Source: Clostridia bacterium
Lineage (GTDB): Bacteria > Bacillota > Clostridia > Christensenellales > UBA1242
DNA length: 64,000 nucleotides
Assembly (NCBI GenBank): GCA_045638465.1
Contig: JAZUBK010000043.1
Location: 8,416-72,415, forward strand
Direction of reading: 5' to 3'
This document shows, one piece after another, positions 9,742 through 17,883 of this stretch. The notes below the pieces were generated by a model, which was not told the origin of the DNA, searched no databases, and saw only the letters and a list, made by a program, of their open reading frames with translations. Position 1 is the stretch's first letter; every line of letters begins with the position of its first letter. Both the position numbers and the translations under genes were made by a program.

Positions 9742-11155
9742 CCTCCTTTATGTCGCTAGTAACAACCGAAGTTGAGCCTTTAAATTTAACTTTCTTTTTG
9801 TCTACGCCATATTTTTTTGCCACCACATCCAAAAGTGCTGGATAACAAAAAGACCCTTGGCATCTACCCATAGTTGTTCTAAGACGTCTTTTTATACCGT
9901 CTGTGGTTAGCGGACTAATTGGACCATTTAGCACCTCATTAATTTCGCCTTGAGTTATATTTTCGCATCTGCAAACAACTCTTCCATAGTTACTATCTTT
10001 TTTGATAAGTCTATTTAGAGCAAAGTTACACATTGTTTTTGTGTTTGTATATGGTTTCCTCTTTGTTGCTTTTTTAGGTGTAATAACCATACCTTTTTCA
10101 ACAAGCATATCTTTTACATAATTTGCAATAGCAGGTGCTGCGCTAAGTCCAGGCGAACAAATACCTGCGACAAATAAATAGTTGTCTACCTTTTCGCTAA
10201 ATTTAATATAAAAGTCATCGCCAACCTTTACTCTTACTCCCGCATACATTTTGATTACCTTACGGAAGTTTATATTCGAAATTGTTTGAGAAGTCTTTTC
10301 TTTAATTTCTTTTACACCACTTTGTGATACGCTGGTTTCAAAGTCTGCAATATCAATAGCTGTTGGGCCAAGTGCGGTGTTGCCTGACACTGTAGGCATA
10401 ACTAAGATGCCTTTACCTTTGTTTGTAGGTAGTGGGAATATTGGCATAGGAGTTAGATTTTCGCCTTTGTCAAGGAGCATATACTCACCCTTTGTCAAAG
10501 TAACATCTAATTTTTCTGCGCCGATTACTTTGCTAACATCATTTACACCCGCACCTGCGCAGTTGATAACAAAATCACATTCAACAGTTTCGCCATTGGT
10601 TAGAGCAAGTGTAAAGGCATTTTTTCTCTTACATGATTTGATTTCGGTATTCAAAAGCAGTCTACCACCATTTAAAATACCTTCTTCGCAGTAAGCTATA
10701 CAAAAGTTGTATGGTGAGATAATCTTGGCTGTTTTTGAGTACAAAGCATAACAGATATCGTCAGCGATTTGAGGAACAAGTTTTTTAATAGCATCTCTTT
10801 TCAAAATTTTCATTTGTTTAACGCCATTATTTACACCCCTATCAAAAAGGCTGTTTATTCCGTCAAGGCCATCTTGTTTTGCTACAACCAAAGACCCGCA
10901 AGGCAATATCTTTTCGCCCAATCTTTTTGCCTCTTGCATATACATTTTGTTGCCTTCGACATTTAGTTTTGACTTCAAGGTATTTTCAGCACAGTCGTAT
11001 CCTGCGTGAATTATTCCGCTATTTGCTTTGGTTGCACCAAGCGAAACATCTTCGCCTTTTTCAACTAGCAAAACCGATACTCCATTACGAGCAAGAAGTG
11101 AAAAAATCGAAGCTCCGACTATTCCGCCTCCAACAATTACACAAGAATATTTCAT
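9722..11155 (-). CDS. FAD-dependent glycerol-3-phosphate dehydrogenase/oxidase-like protein with a BFD-like [2Fe-2S] domain
   Basis: 477 aa. CVIVGGGIVGASI FAD fold. C-terminal CRCENITQGEI...MGRCQGSFC is a BFD-type cysteine motif. Divergent from glpK. Confidence 0.75.
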   Translation of the reverse strand: MKYSCVIVGGGIVGASIFSLLARNGVSVLLVEKGEDVSLGATKANSGIIHAGYDCAENTLKSKLNVEGNKMYMQEAKRLGEKILPCGSLVVAKQDGLDGINSLFDRGVNNGVKQMKILKRDAIKKLVPQIADDICYALYSKTAKIISPYNFCIAYCEEGILNGGRLLLNTEIKSCKRKNAFTLALTNGETVECDFVINCAGAGVNDVSKVIGAEKLDVTLTKGEYMLLDKGENLTPMPIFPLPTNKGKGILVMPTVSGNTALGPTAIDIADFETSVSQSGVKEIKEKTSQTISNINFRKVIKMYAGVRVKVGDDFYIKFSEKVDNYLFVAGICSPGLSAAPAIANYVKDMLVEKGMVITPKKATKRKPYTNTKTMCNFALNRLIKKDSNYGRVVCRCENITQGEINEVLNGPISPLTTDGIKRRLRTTMGRCQGSFCYPALLDVVAKKYGVDKKKVKFKGSTSVVTSDIKEGGIYEL

Positions 11156-11301
11156 ATTTACTCCTTTTTGTAAGTTTTTTGTTAAAAAATACTTTATTTA
11201 TTTTCAATTTAATAATATACTTTAGTTAAGAATAAGTCAATTATTAACAAATAGCAAATGTGTTTTATTATACATTTTTTGTTAAAAATAGGGGGGTGGC
11301 T

Positions 11302-12774
11302 ATGAAATATATTGTTGCTTTGGACGAGGGTACAACTTCTGTAAGAGCTGTGCTCTATAACACTAAAAACCACTCTATCGAAAAAATAGAAAAACAAAGA
11401 TTCAAACAAATCTTTCCAGCGTCAGGTCTTGTAGAGCATGATGCAAATGTTATTTGGAATAAACAAACAAATGCTCTAAAAAAATTAACTGCAGATATAA
11501 ACCCTCATGATATCCATGGTATATGTATTACAAACCAAAGAGAAACTGTAGTTGCTTGGGACAAACGCACAGGAAAGCCTATCTGCAACGCAATAGTATG
11601 GCAGTGCCGAAGAACTGCTGATATGTGTAAAAAGTTAAATAAAGACAAAGCACTTTGCAAAAAGATAAAACAAAAAACAGGTCTTTTACCTGACGCATAT
11701 TTTAGCGGAACTAAAATAAAGTGGATTTTAGATAATGTAAAGATTGCAAAAAAACTACTAAAAGAAGGTAACCTGCTTGTAGGTACAATCGATAGTTATT
11801 TAATCTACAGACTTACAAACGGCAAAGTACATGCAACCGATGTAACTAACGCATCACGTACGATGCTATTTAACATCAACACCTTTGAGTGGGACCAAGA
11901 GTTGCTTGATTTATTTGGTATCCCAAGAGAGATTTTGCCAAAGGTTTTAAACTGCTGTGATGATTTTGGAACAACTGATATTTTAGGATCACCAATAAAA
12001 ATCACTGGCGTAGCGGGAGATCAACAAGCTTCGTTATTTGGTCAAGGCTGTTTTGAAAAGGGCGACATAAAAAACACTTATGGTACTGGTTGTTTTATTT
12101 TGCTTAATATCGGCAATAAACCAATAATCAGCAACAACGGACTTTTAACCACAGTTGCTTGTTCTCCAAATGGCGAAAAAGTATATGCTATAGAAGGTAG
12201 CGTATTTAACGCAGGTAGTACACTAGACTGGTTTTTGAAAGAGTTTAGGGTCGTAAGAAACCACGAACTTATCAACAAACAAATTGCCAAAGTTAGTGAC
12301 AATGGCGGAGTGTATCTTGTTCCTGCTTTCACTGGTATCGGAGCTCCTTATTGGGATATGGACGCAAGAGCAATGATCACTGGCCTTAGTCGTGGCTCTA
12401 ACTTATCACATATTTGTAGGGCAGTATACGAAAGTATGGCTTTCTCTACTTATGATGTTATGAAATTAATATCAAAAGAAAGCGACCTAAATATAAAAAC
12501 TCTAAAAGTAGACGGTGGCGTATCATCAAACGATTATATGTTGCAGTTTCAGTCAGATTTGCTTAATGCAAAGGTTGTACGCAGCAACAAAGAAAGTACT
12601 TGCCTTGGCGTAATATACCTATGCGGCCTTGCAACTGGCGTATACAAAAATCTTGACGACATAAAGAAAATCACAACAACTTACGGTGAGTTTTCACCAA
12701 CTAAAGATAGAAAGAAAGTAAACGAAAATATTAAAGGCTGGGAAAAAGCCATTAGACAATGTCTAAAAAAATAG
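11302..12774 (+). CDS. glpK: Glycerol kinase
   Basis: ORF 11260..12774. Preferred start is ATG 11302 behind a G-rich RBS. MKYIVALDEGTTSVRAV..., ITNQRETVVAWD, GAPYWD are FGGY-family/GlpK hallmarks. Confidence 0.9.
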   Translation: MKYIVALDEGTTSVRAVLYNTKNHSIEKIEKQRFKQIFPASGLVEHDANVIWNKQTNALKKLTADINPHDIHGICITNQRETVVAWDKRTGKPICNAIVWQCRRTADMCKKLNKDKALCKKIKQKTGLLPDAYFSGTKIKWILDNVKIAKKLLKEGNLLVGTIDSYLIYRLTNGKVHATDVTNASRTMLFNINTFEWDQELLDLFGIPREILPKVLNCCDDFGTTDILGSPIKITGVAGDQQASLFGQGCFEKGDIKNTYGTGCFILLNIGNKPIISNNGLLTTVACSPNGEKVYAIEGSVFNAGSTLDWFLKEFRVVRNHELINKQIAKVSDNGGVYLVPAFTGIGAPYWDMDARAMITGLSRGSNLSHICRAVYESMAFSTYDVMKLISKESDLNIKTLKVDGGVSSNDYMLQFQSDLLNAKVVRSNKESTCLGVIYLCGLATGVYKNLDDIKKITTTYGEFSPTKDRKKVNENIKGWEKAIRQCLKK

Positions 12775-12783
12775 GAGGCAGAT

Positions 12784-13833
12784 ATGAAAGGTAAATTTAT
12801 AAAATCTTTTGACAAAACAGATATCTACTGCTATACATGGGACAAAGTAACAAAACCCGTTGGTATCGTGCAAATTGTTCACGGTATGCAAGAACACGCA
12901 GCAAGATATGATGATTTTGCAAAATTTTTGAACAAACACGGATATATTGTTTTTGCCGACGACCATAGAGCCCATGGCAAAACCGCAGGAAGTATAGAAA
13001 ACTTAGGAAAATACGAGGGTGGCAATTTGTTTTATGACACAATGAAAGACCAAATGTTTTTCTCTTCTATGCTAAAAGAACAATATGACGATTTACCATT
13101 GTATATTTTTGGCCATAGCTATGGGTCTTTTATCACCCAAAACTATATCCAAAACTGTGACCTTTATAGCAAAGCAATCATCTGCGGCTCTGCTTGTATG
13201 AAAGGAAACATTGGCATCAAACTAGGAAAGTTTATCGCAGGGAGAACTATACACCACAAAGGCCCTAACGCCGTTGCATCTGCTGTTGAAAAAATTATGC
13301 AAGGCACATATAAAAGCATGGTAAAAACTGGTTCTTGGCTAAACACTGATGAAGAAGAAGTAAAGAAATATGCTCAAGACCCATATTGTGGAACTCCATT
13401 TTCTGCTAAATTTTACTATGACTTCTTTACTGGCCTTCTAAACTCATACGGAAAACACAAACTTCAAGAAATTAACCATCACAAACCTATATTGTTAATT
13501 TCTGGCAAAGACGACCCTGTCGGAAGTATGGGAAAATCTGTTGTAAAGCTATTCAAACTTTACCACGAAGATGACCTAGATGTTGCAATGAAGTTGTATG
13601 ACAATGCTAGACACGAAATATTAAATGAACCTATCAAAGAAATGGTTTATCAAGATATCTTAGACTTTATCGAAAAGCCTGTTGACAAAGAGCACTGCAA
13701 ACTTTATCCAAAGTTCAAGACCAAAGCCCACAAAGCAATGGCAAAAAAGACAGAAAAAGCTGAAAAAACAGCTCAAGATAAACCTGCAAAAGAAACTAAA
13801 ACAAAAGCAACAAAAAATACAAAAACAAAATAA
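12784..13833 (+). CDS. Alpha/beta hydrolase (monoacylglycerol lipase / lysophospholipase-like) with a Lys-rich C-terminal tail
   Basis: 349 aa. Nucleophile elbow GHSYGS, HG oxyanion region VHGMQEH, late D and H (DDPV, ARHEIL). Starts 9 nt after glpK. Confidence 0.7.
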   Translation: MKGKFIKSFDKTDIYCYTWDKVTKPVGIVQIVHGMQEHAARYDDFAKFLNKHGYIVFADDHRAHGKTAGSIENLGKYEGGNLFYDTMKDQMFFSSMLKEQYDDLPLYIFGHSYGSFITQNYIQNCDLYSKAIICGSACMKGNIGIKLGKFIAGRTIHHKGPNAVASAVEKIMQGTYKSMVKTGSWLNTDEEEVKKYAQDPYCGTPFSAKFYYDFFTGLLNSYGKHKLQEINHHKPILLISGKDDPVGSMGKSVVKLFKLYHEDDLDVAMKLYDNARHEILNEPIKEMVYQDILDFIEKPVDKEHCKLYPKFKTKAHKAMAKKTEKAEKTAQDKPAKETKTKATKNTKTK

Positions 13834-13841
13834 AAAAAAGG

Positions 13842-13863
13842 CCACCAATTATGGTGGTTTTTT
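13842..13863 (+). terminator. Intrinsic terminator of glpK-hydrolase unit
   Basis: Stem ccacca / tggtgg with loop atta, followed by a T-run. Confidence 0.7.
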
Positions 13864-13943
13864 ATATTTTGATATCATAATAGTTGGGATAACAATAAAT
13901 GTGTGATATATTATAAAAAACAAATATTGAAAGGAGTAACTAT

Positions 13944-14255
13944 ATGCAACAAAAAGTAAAAGATTTCAACAGTTTAATGCCTTGCCACACCAAGCCTATG
14001 CCACCATCAGCAAGACTTATGGATATTACTAGTGAAATAGGAGAACTAGCAAAAGAAGTGCTTAAAGCATCAAAGTACGGCACAAAAGATTTTGCAGTAA
14101 CAGAAGATTTCAAAATGGAATTTGGTGATGTGCTTTATTCTTTACTTTCATTTGCTATAGAAACAGGTATTGATGCTGAAGAAGCTTTAGACAAAATTTT
14201 AGCAAAATACAAAGCTCGTATTGAGACAAAAGGCTCAATGGGAAGCGAAAACTAA
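13944..14255 (+). CDS. MazG-like nucleotide pyrophosphohydrolase domain protein
   Basis: 103 aa. The pattern EIGELAKEV....E.GDVLYSL...A...GID.EEAL..KL.K resembles the small MazG family. Confidence 0.6.
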   Translation: MQQKVKDFNSLMPCHTKPMPPSARLMDITSEIGELAKEVLKASKYGTKDFAVTEDFKMEFGDVLYSLLSFAIETGIDAEEALDKILAKYKARIETKGSMGSEN

Positions 14256-14267
14256 AAAGGTATTTTT

Positions 14268-14726
14268 ATGGAAATAAAACGAGTAACAACAATAGATGAT
14301 GCAGATATTTGCGACCAACTTTTGACCGAACTTATACACTACGAATCAGGCCTTGATAAAGTAATAAATAGTAAATTTGTAGTAAATGATTTTTACCACA
14401 GAGCGATAGAAAGTAGCCAAAAATATCTTGCCCTAGCCCTTGAAAATGGAGAAGCTCTAGGTTTTATTTATGCCTACCGAAAAATTGCCAAAGGCACATC
14501 TTTTGACGATCATATCATAGAGATAGATGGACTATTTATAAAAGAAGGAAGAAGAAGCCAAGGCATCGGCTCTGCCCTTATAAAGTCAGTTGAAAACTGG
14601 GCAAAGAAAACCTATCAAACTGCACATATAGAAATAACATATATAAACGCAAACAAACCCGCCGAAAAGTGTTATACAAAACTAGGCTATACCCCTATCA
14701 AAACCATATTGCGAAAGAAAATATAA
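14268..14726 (+). CDS. GNAT-family N-acetyltransferase
   Basis: 152 aa. RRSQGIGSALI is the acetyl-CoA-binding motif (R/Q-x-x-G-x-G/A). Confidence 0.7.
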   Translation: MEIKRVTTIDDADICDQLLTELIHYESGLDKVINSKFVVNDFYHRAIESSQKYLALALENGEALGFIYAYRKIAKGTSFDDHIIEIDGLFIKEGRRSQGIGSALIKSVENWAKKTYQTAHIEITYINANKPAEKCYTKLGYTPIKTILRKKI

Positions 14727-14728
14727 CG

Positions 14729-14761
14729 AAAAAAAGACCTGCACCATGCAAGTCTTTTTTT
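14729..14761. terminator. Bidirectional terminator between convergent genes
   Basis: Stem gacctgca / tgcaagtc (one mismatch), flanked by an A-run and a T-run. Confidence 0.6.
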
Positions 14762-14768
14762 ATTTTTA

Positions 14769-16649
14769 TTAATTTTCGCTAAGCATATTTTCTAGCTCTT
14801 GTCTAGTTTCTTCGCTCTTATATAATTCTTTATACATTTTGCATCTTCTAAATAGTTGATTGTGTGTGCCTTGGTCTAAGATTTTACCACTTTCTAGCAC
14901 TACAATATTATCCGCACCAACTATTGTTGATAGTCTGTGTGCAACTATGATAATTGTATGGTCTTTCTTTAGGCTATCGATTGCCTTTACGATAAGGCCT
15001 TGGCTTTCGTTATCAAGGGCAGATGTTGCCTCGTCAAATACAATGATTTTGCTATTTTTTAGTAGTATTCTTGCGATAGCAATTCTTTGTTTTTGACCAC
15101 CTGATAACATAACTCCGTTTTCGCCAACCAAACTATCAAGGCCTTTATCAAGTTTTTTGATAAAGTTATAGATTTGAGCTCTCTTTAGGGCAGAGATCAT
15201 TTGCTCTTCGGTAGCGTTAGGATTGATAAACAATAAGTTTTCTCTGATTGTACGGTTAAAGATATATGGGGCTTGAGTTACGATACCGATGTTATCTCTT
15301 ATCGCATCTTCTGTAAGCTCGTTGATATCGTGTCCGTCAATTAATAGTTGTCCGCTCTTTACATCATATAATTTATTTAGCAAGGCAAGTATTGTACTTT
15401 TACCACTGCCTGACTTTCCAACGACTGCTGTTGTTTTGTTTGGTTCAAAAGTAAGGTTTAGATTTTCAAGTACGTTTTCATCTTCTACATAACCAAATGT
15501 AACATCTTTGAATTCGATTCTTCCTTCTACTTTTTCGATTATCTTGTCACCAAATTTTTCTTTTGGGAAATCGTCCATAATCTCAAAAACTCTTTGCGCA
15601 GCAAGTTCTCCCTCGATTGAGTATTGTTTGATCATAGCAAAGTAGTTTGTAAGACCTTTTACATTTCCGTGGTACATATAGATTACAAGGAATCCTGCAA
15701 GGGTGATATATTCTGCTTTAATAAATAATATACCCATAACAAAGAAACCAACCTCAAAACACGCACCAACTATATTACGAATAAGTACCCATTTTCTTCT
15801 AGTAAATCTTGATAGTCTGTGGATATCAAGTGCGTGTTCAAACTTTTCGCCAGAGTCTTTGATTGTATTATTACGAATATTCAAGCTCTTTACATCACGA
15901 AGGCCTCTTACTTGCTCATTGTATGAGCCAGTAGCAATTTCTCTTTTTTCTCTAAATTTCTTTCTTTGCAAAAACCACATTCTTTCTTTTTTGCTATCAA
16001 ACGCCCAAAGAACAAAAACGTATACAACTAACGCTAGGAAAAACCAAACATTAAGAAAAGCAATATAAATAAGGAACGCAAAGTTTGAAATAACGTCCAA
16101 AATTACGCTCATAATATCCATCAAAACGTCAGAGCATTTACCAGCGTCTTCGTTCATTCTTTCGATATATACACCGCTATTTGTTTGATCACTCTTTGTC
16201 ATAGTAACAGATGTTATGCTACGAATAAGTGCTTGTTTGATATCAAATACAACTTTGCTATCCATTTTTACATAACAAACACCATGTATATGGTTGAATA
16301 TTTCTACCAATACTCTTATTCCGACAAAAAGTAGTGCAAACAACAAGGCTTTGTCAAAATCAAGAACTGATAGATTTGCCAGAGCCTGAGCACTAAAGAT
16401 TGGCCCAAAAAGTCCTACCACACCACTGATTACTAGTGATAAGATAGTTGCGATAAACAAACCTAAATATCTGCGGTAAAAAGGAATAAGTTTTTTAAGG
16501 CCTTTATAACCTTTTAGTTTGTTTACAGGCTTTTTAGCTTTTTTGTCTGTTATGATAGGAGTTTCAGCTTTAGGCTGCTCCACTTTTACTTTTGTTTTCT
16601 TCTTTGTAACCTTCTCTGTGATTACAATTTCTTTTGTATTTTTTGCCAT
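14769..16649 (-). CDS. ABC exporter, fused permease/ATPase (MsbA/type I exporter-like) with a Lys-rich N-terminal extension
   Basis: 626 aa. Walker A GKSGSGKST, signature LSGGQKQRIAIAR, Walker B IIVFDEATSALD. Six predicted N-terminal helices. Confidence 0.85.
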   Translation of the reverse strand: MAKNTKEIVITEKVTKKKTKVKVEQPKAETPIITDKKAKKPVNKLKGYKGLKKLIPFYRRYLGLFIATILSLVISGVVGLFGPIFSAQALANLSVLDFDKALLFALLFVGIRVLVEIFNHIHGVCYVKMDSKVVFDIKQALIRSITSVTMTKSDQTNSGVYIERMNEDAGKCSDVLMDIMSVILDVISNFAFLIYIAFLNVWFFLALVVYVFVLWAFDSKKERMWFLQRKKFREKREIATGSYNEQVRGLRDVKSLNIRNNTIKDSGEKFEHALDIHRLSRFTRRKWVLIRNIVGACFEVGFFVMGILFIKAEYITLAGFLVIYMYHGNVKGLTNYFAMIKQYSIEGELAAQRVFEIMDDFPKEKFGDKIIEKVEGRIEFKDVTFGYVEDENVLENLNLTFEPNKTTAVVGKSGSGKSTILALLNKLYDVKSGQLLIDGHDINELTEDAIRDNIGIVTQAPYIFNRTIRENLLFINPNATEEQMISALKRAQIYNFIKKLDKGLDSLVGENGVMLSGGQKQRIAIARILLKNSKIIVFDEATSALDNESQGLIVKAIDSLKKDHTIIIVAHRLSTIVGADNIVVLESGKILDQGTHNQLFRRCKMYKELYKSEETRQELENMLSEN

Positions 16650-16734
16650 AATGATTTACCTATTATATATATTTAAAATTTTAGTATACTAATCTTATAC
16701 CACCAAACTTGCACTGTCAATAGCAAAATCCAAA

Positions 16735-17271
16735 TTAAAATAACATTTTTTGCAAAATTTCACCATCTAGGCTTTTTATTACAATTTCTCTGCCTTCTAT
16801 TACCATATAACTATGCTTACTATTTAGTTTTGGCAAAGACACAGAACCAGGACTTGCAAACACAACACCATTTTCTTCTTTGATAAATGGCACGTGAAAA
16901 TGACCATACAACATAACGTCACCGCAATCAAAAGGCACATTGTCTAAATTATACCTATGACCATGGGTTAGGGTGATAGTCTTGCCCTCATAAGGCAGGT
17001 CTACCCTTTCTTGCATCTCAAAGTCAGATATAAGTTGGTCAACCTCTGCATCGCAATTTCCTTTGATAGCGATAAGGCAGTGTTTATAACCATTTAGGGC
17101 TTTTGCCACATCGCCTGGGTTATACTCTTCTGTCAAAGGGTTTCTTGGCCCGTGATAATAAAAGTCACCCAAGATTATTAATCTGTCGCCCTTTTCGGTT
17201 ACAAACCTATCAAGAAGTTTGTTTGTATAATAAAGCGATCCGTGGATATCTGATGCGATAACAAGTTTCAT
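16735..17271 (-). CDS. YfcE/MJ0936-family metallophosphoesterase
   Basis: 178 aa. SDIHGS, GDFYYHGPRN, GNCD, THGH, GHFH metallophosphatase motifs. Confidence 0.75.
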   Translation of the reverse strand: MKLVIASDIHGSLYYTNKLLDRFVTEKGDRLIILGDFYYHGPRNPLTEEYNPGDVAKALNGYKHCLIAIKGNCDAEVDQLISDFEMQERVDLPYEGKTITLTHGHRYNLDNVPFDCGDVMLYGHFHVPFIKEENGVVFASPGSVSLPKLNSKHSYMVIEGREIVIKSLDGEILQKMLF

Positions 17272-17785
17272 TTCTATCTCCTTTAATTTATAGTTTCATT
17301 TTAGCACAAAAAAGGTATTTTTCTACACTTAATTTTGCTAAAAAACAACATTTTTATATACATTTTTGGAATAGCGGGTATAACCTATAAGTCAAAATTA
17401 AAAAACCTACTAACAAATAGTAGGTTTATGCATTGTATATTAAATTACAAAACTTTGTAGCGAACGTCCTTTGGAACACCTGCTCCTATTCTTTCTACCA
17501 TAGAAAAAATCTCTCAACCACAAAATATAGTCACACCGCTATATGTTGTGGCCAAAATCTATCACTCAAAAACATCTCAAAAACCCCGATGTGTTATGTT
17601 TTTATAACAATTAACCAAAACAAAAAAATAATTTTAAAAATATTTTTGAGTAAAAAAGTTATCCACAATGATTGTTTTTGATTAAAAACACCCCTTTTTT
17701 GATAGTTTTTGAATACCTTTTTGTTCATCAAAAAAAAGCAAGTGTTTTTGATAAGATTTTTTAAAAAAGATTTTTATTTTTTATA

Positions 17786-17814
17786 TTGCCTATATTATAG
17801 CCTTGTGCTATAAA
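17786..17814 (+). promoter_or_regulatory. Putative sigma-A promoter of nrdDG
   Basis: TTGCCT (17786-17791), 17-nt spacer, TATAAA (17809-17814), with TG two nt upstream of the -10. Confidence 0.5.
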
Positions 17815-17817
17815 TAG

Positions 17818-17862
17818 AACATATAGTATTTGTAGCAAAAAACATACCACTATATATTGTGT
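17818..17862 (+). promoter_or_regulatory. Tandem NrdR boxes
   Basis: AACATATAGTATTTGT (17818-17833) and CCACTATATATTGTGT (17847-17862) both fit the NrdR consensus acaCwAtATaTwGtgt as I remember it. They sit between the -10 element and the nrdD RBS. Confidence 0.65.
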
Positions 17863-17883
17863 TACAAGCAAATGGAGGAAACT

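Noticed and set aside
17430-17560. Possible SRP (4.5S) RNA on the minus strand ending at the 17404-17426 terminator
   Set aside because: I looked for the conserved domain IV elements (GNRA tetraloop closed by a helix, AGCA-containing asymmetric loop). Only a loose GGAGCAGG was present, with no complementary 5' strand, so the identity is not supported. The orphan terminator is kept as a separate finding.
17433-17681. 82-aa + strand ORF in the nrdD upstream region
   Set aside because: It has no RBS and a low-complexity product. It spans promoter and operator sequence and is more likely non-coding.
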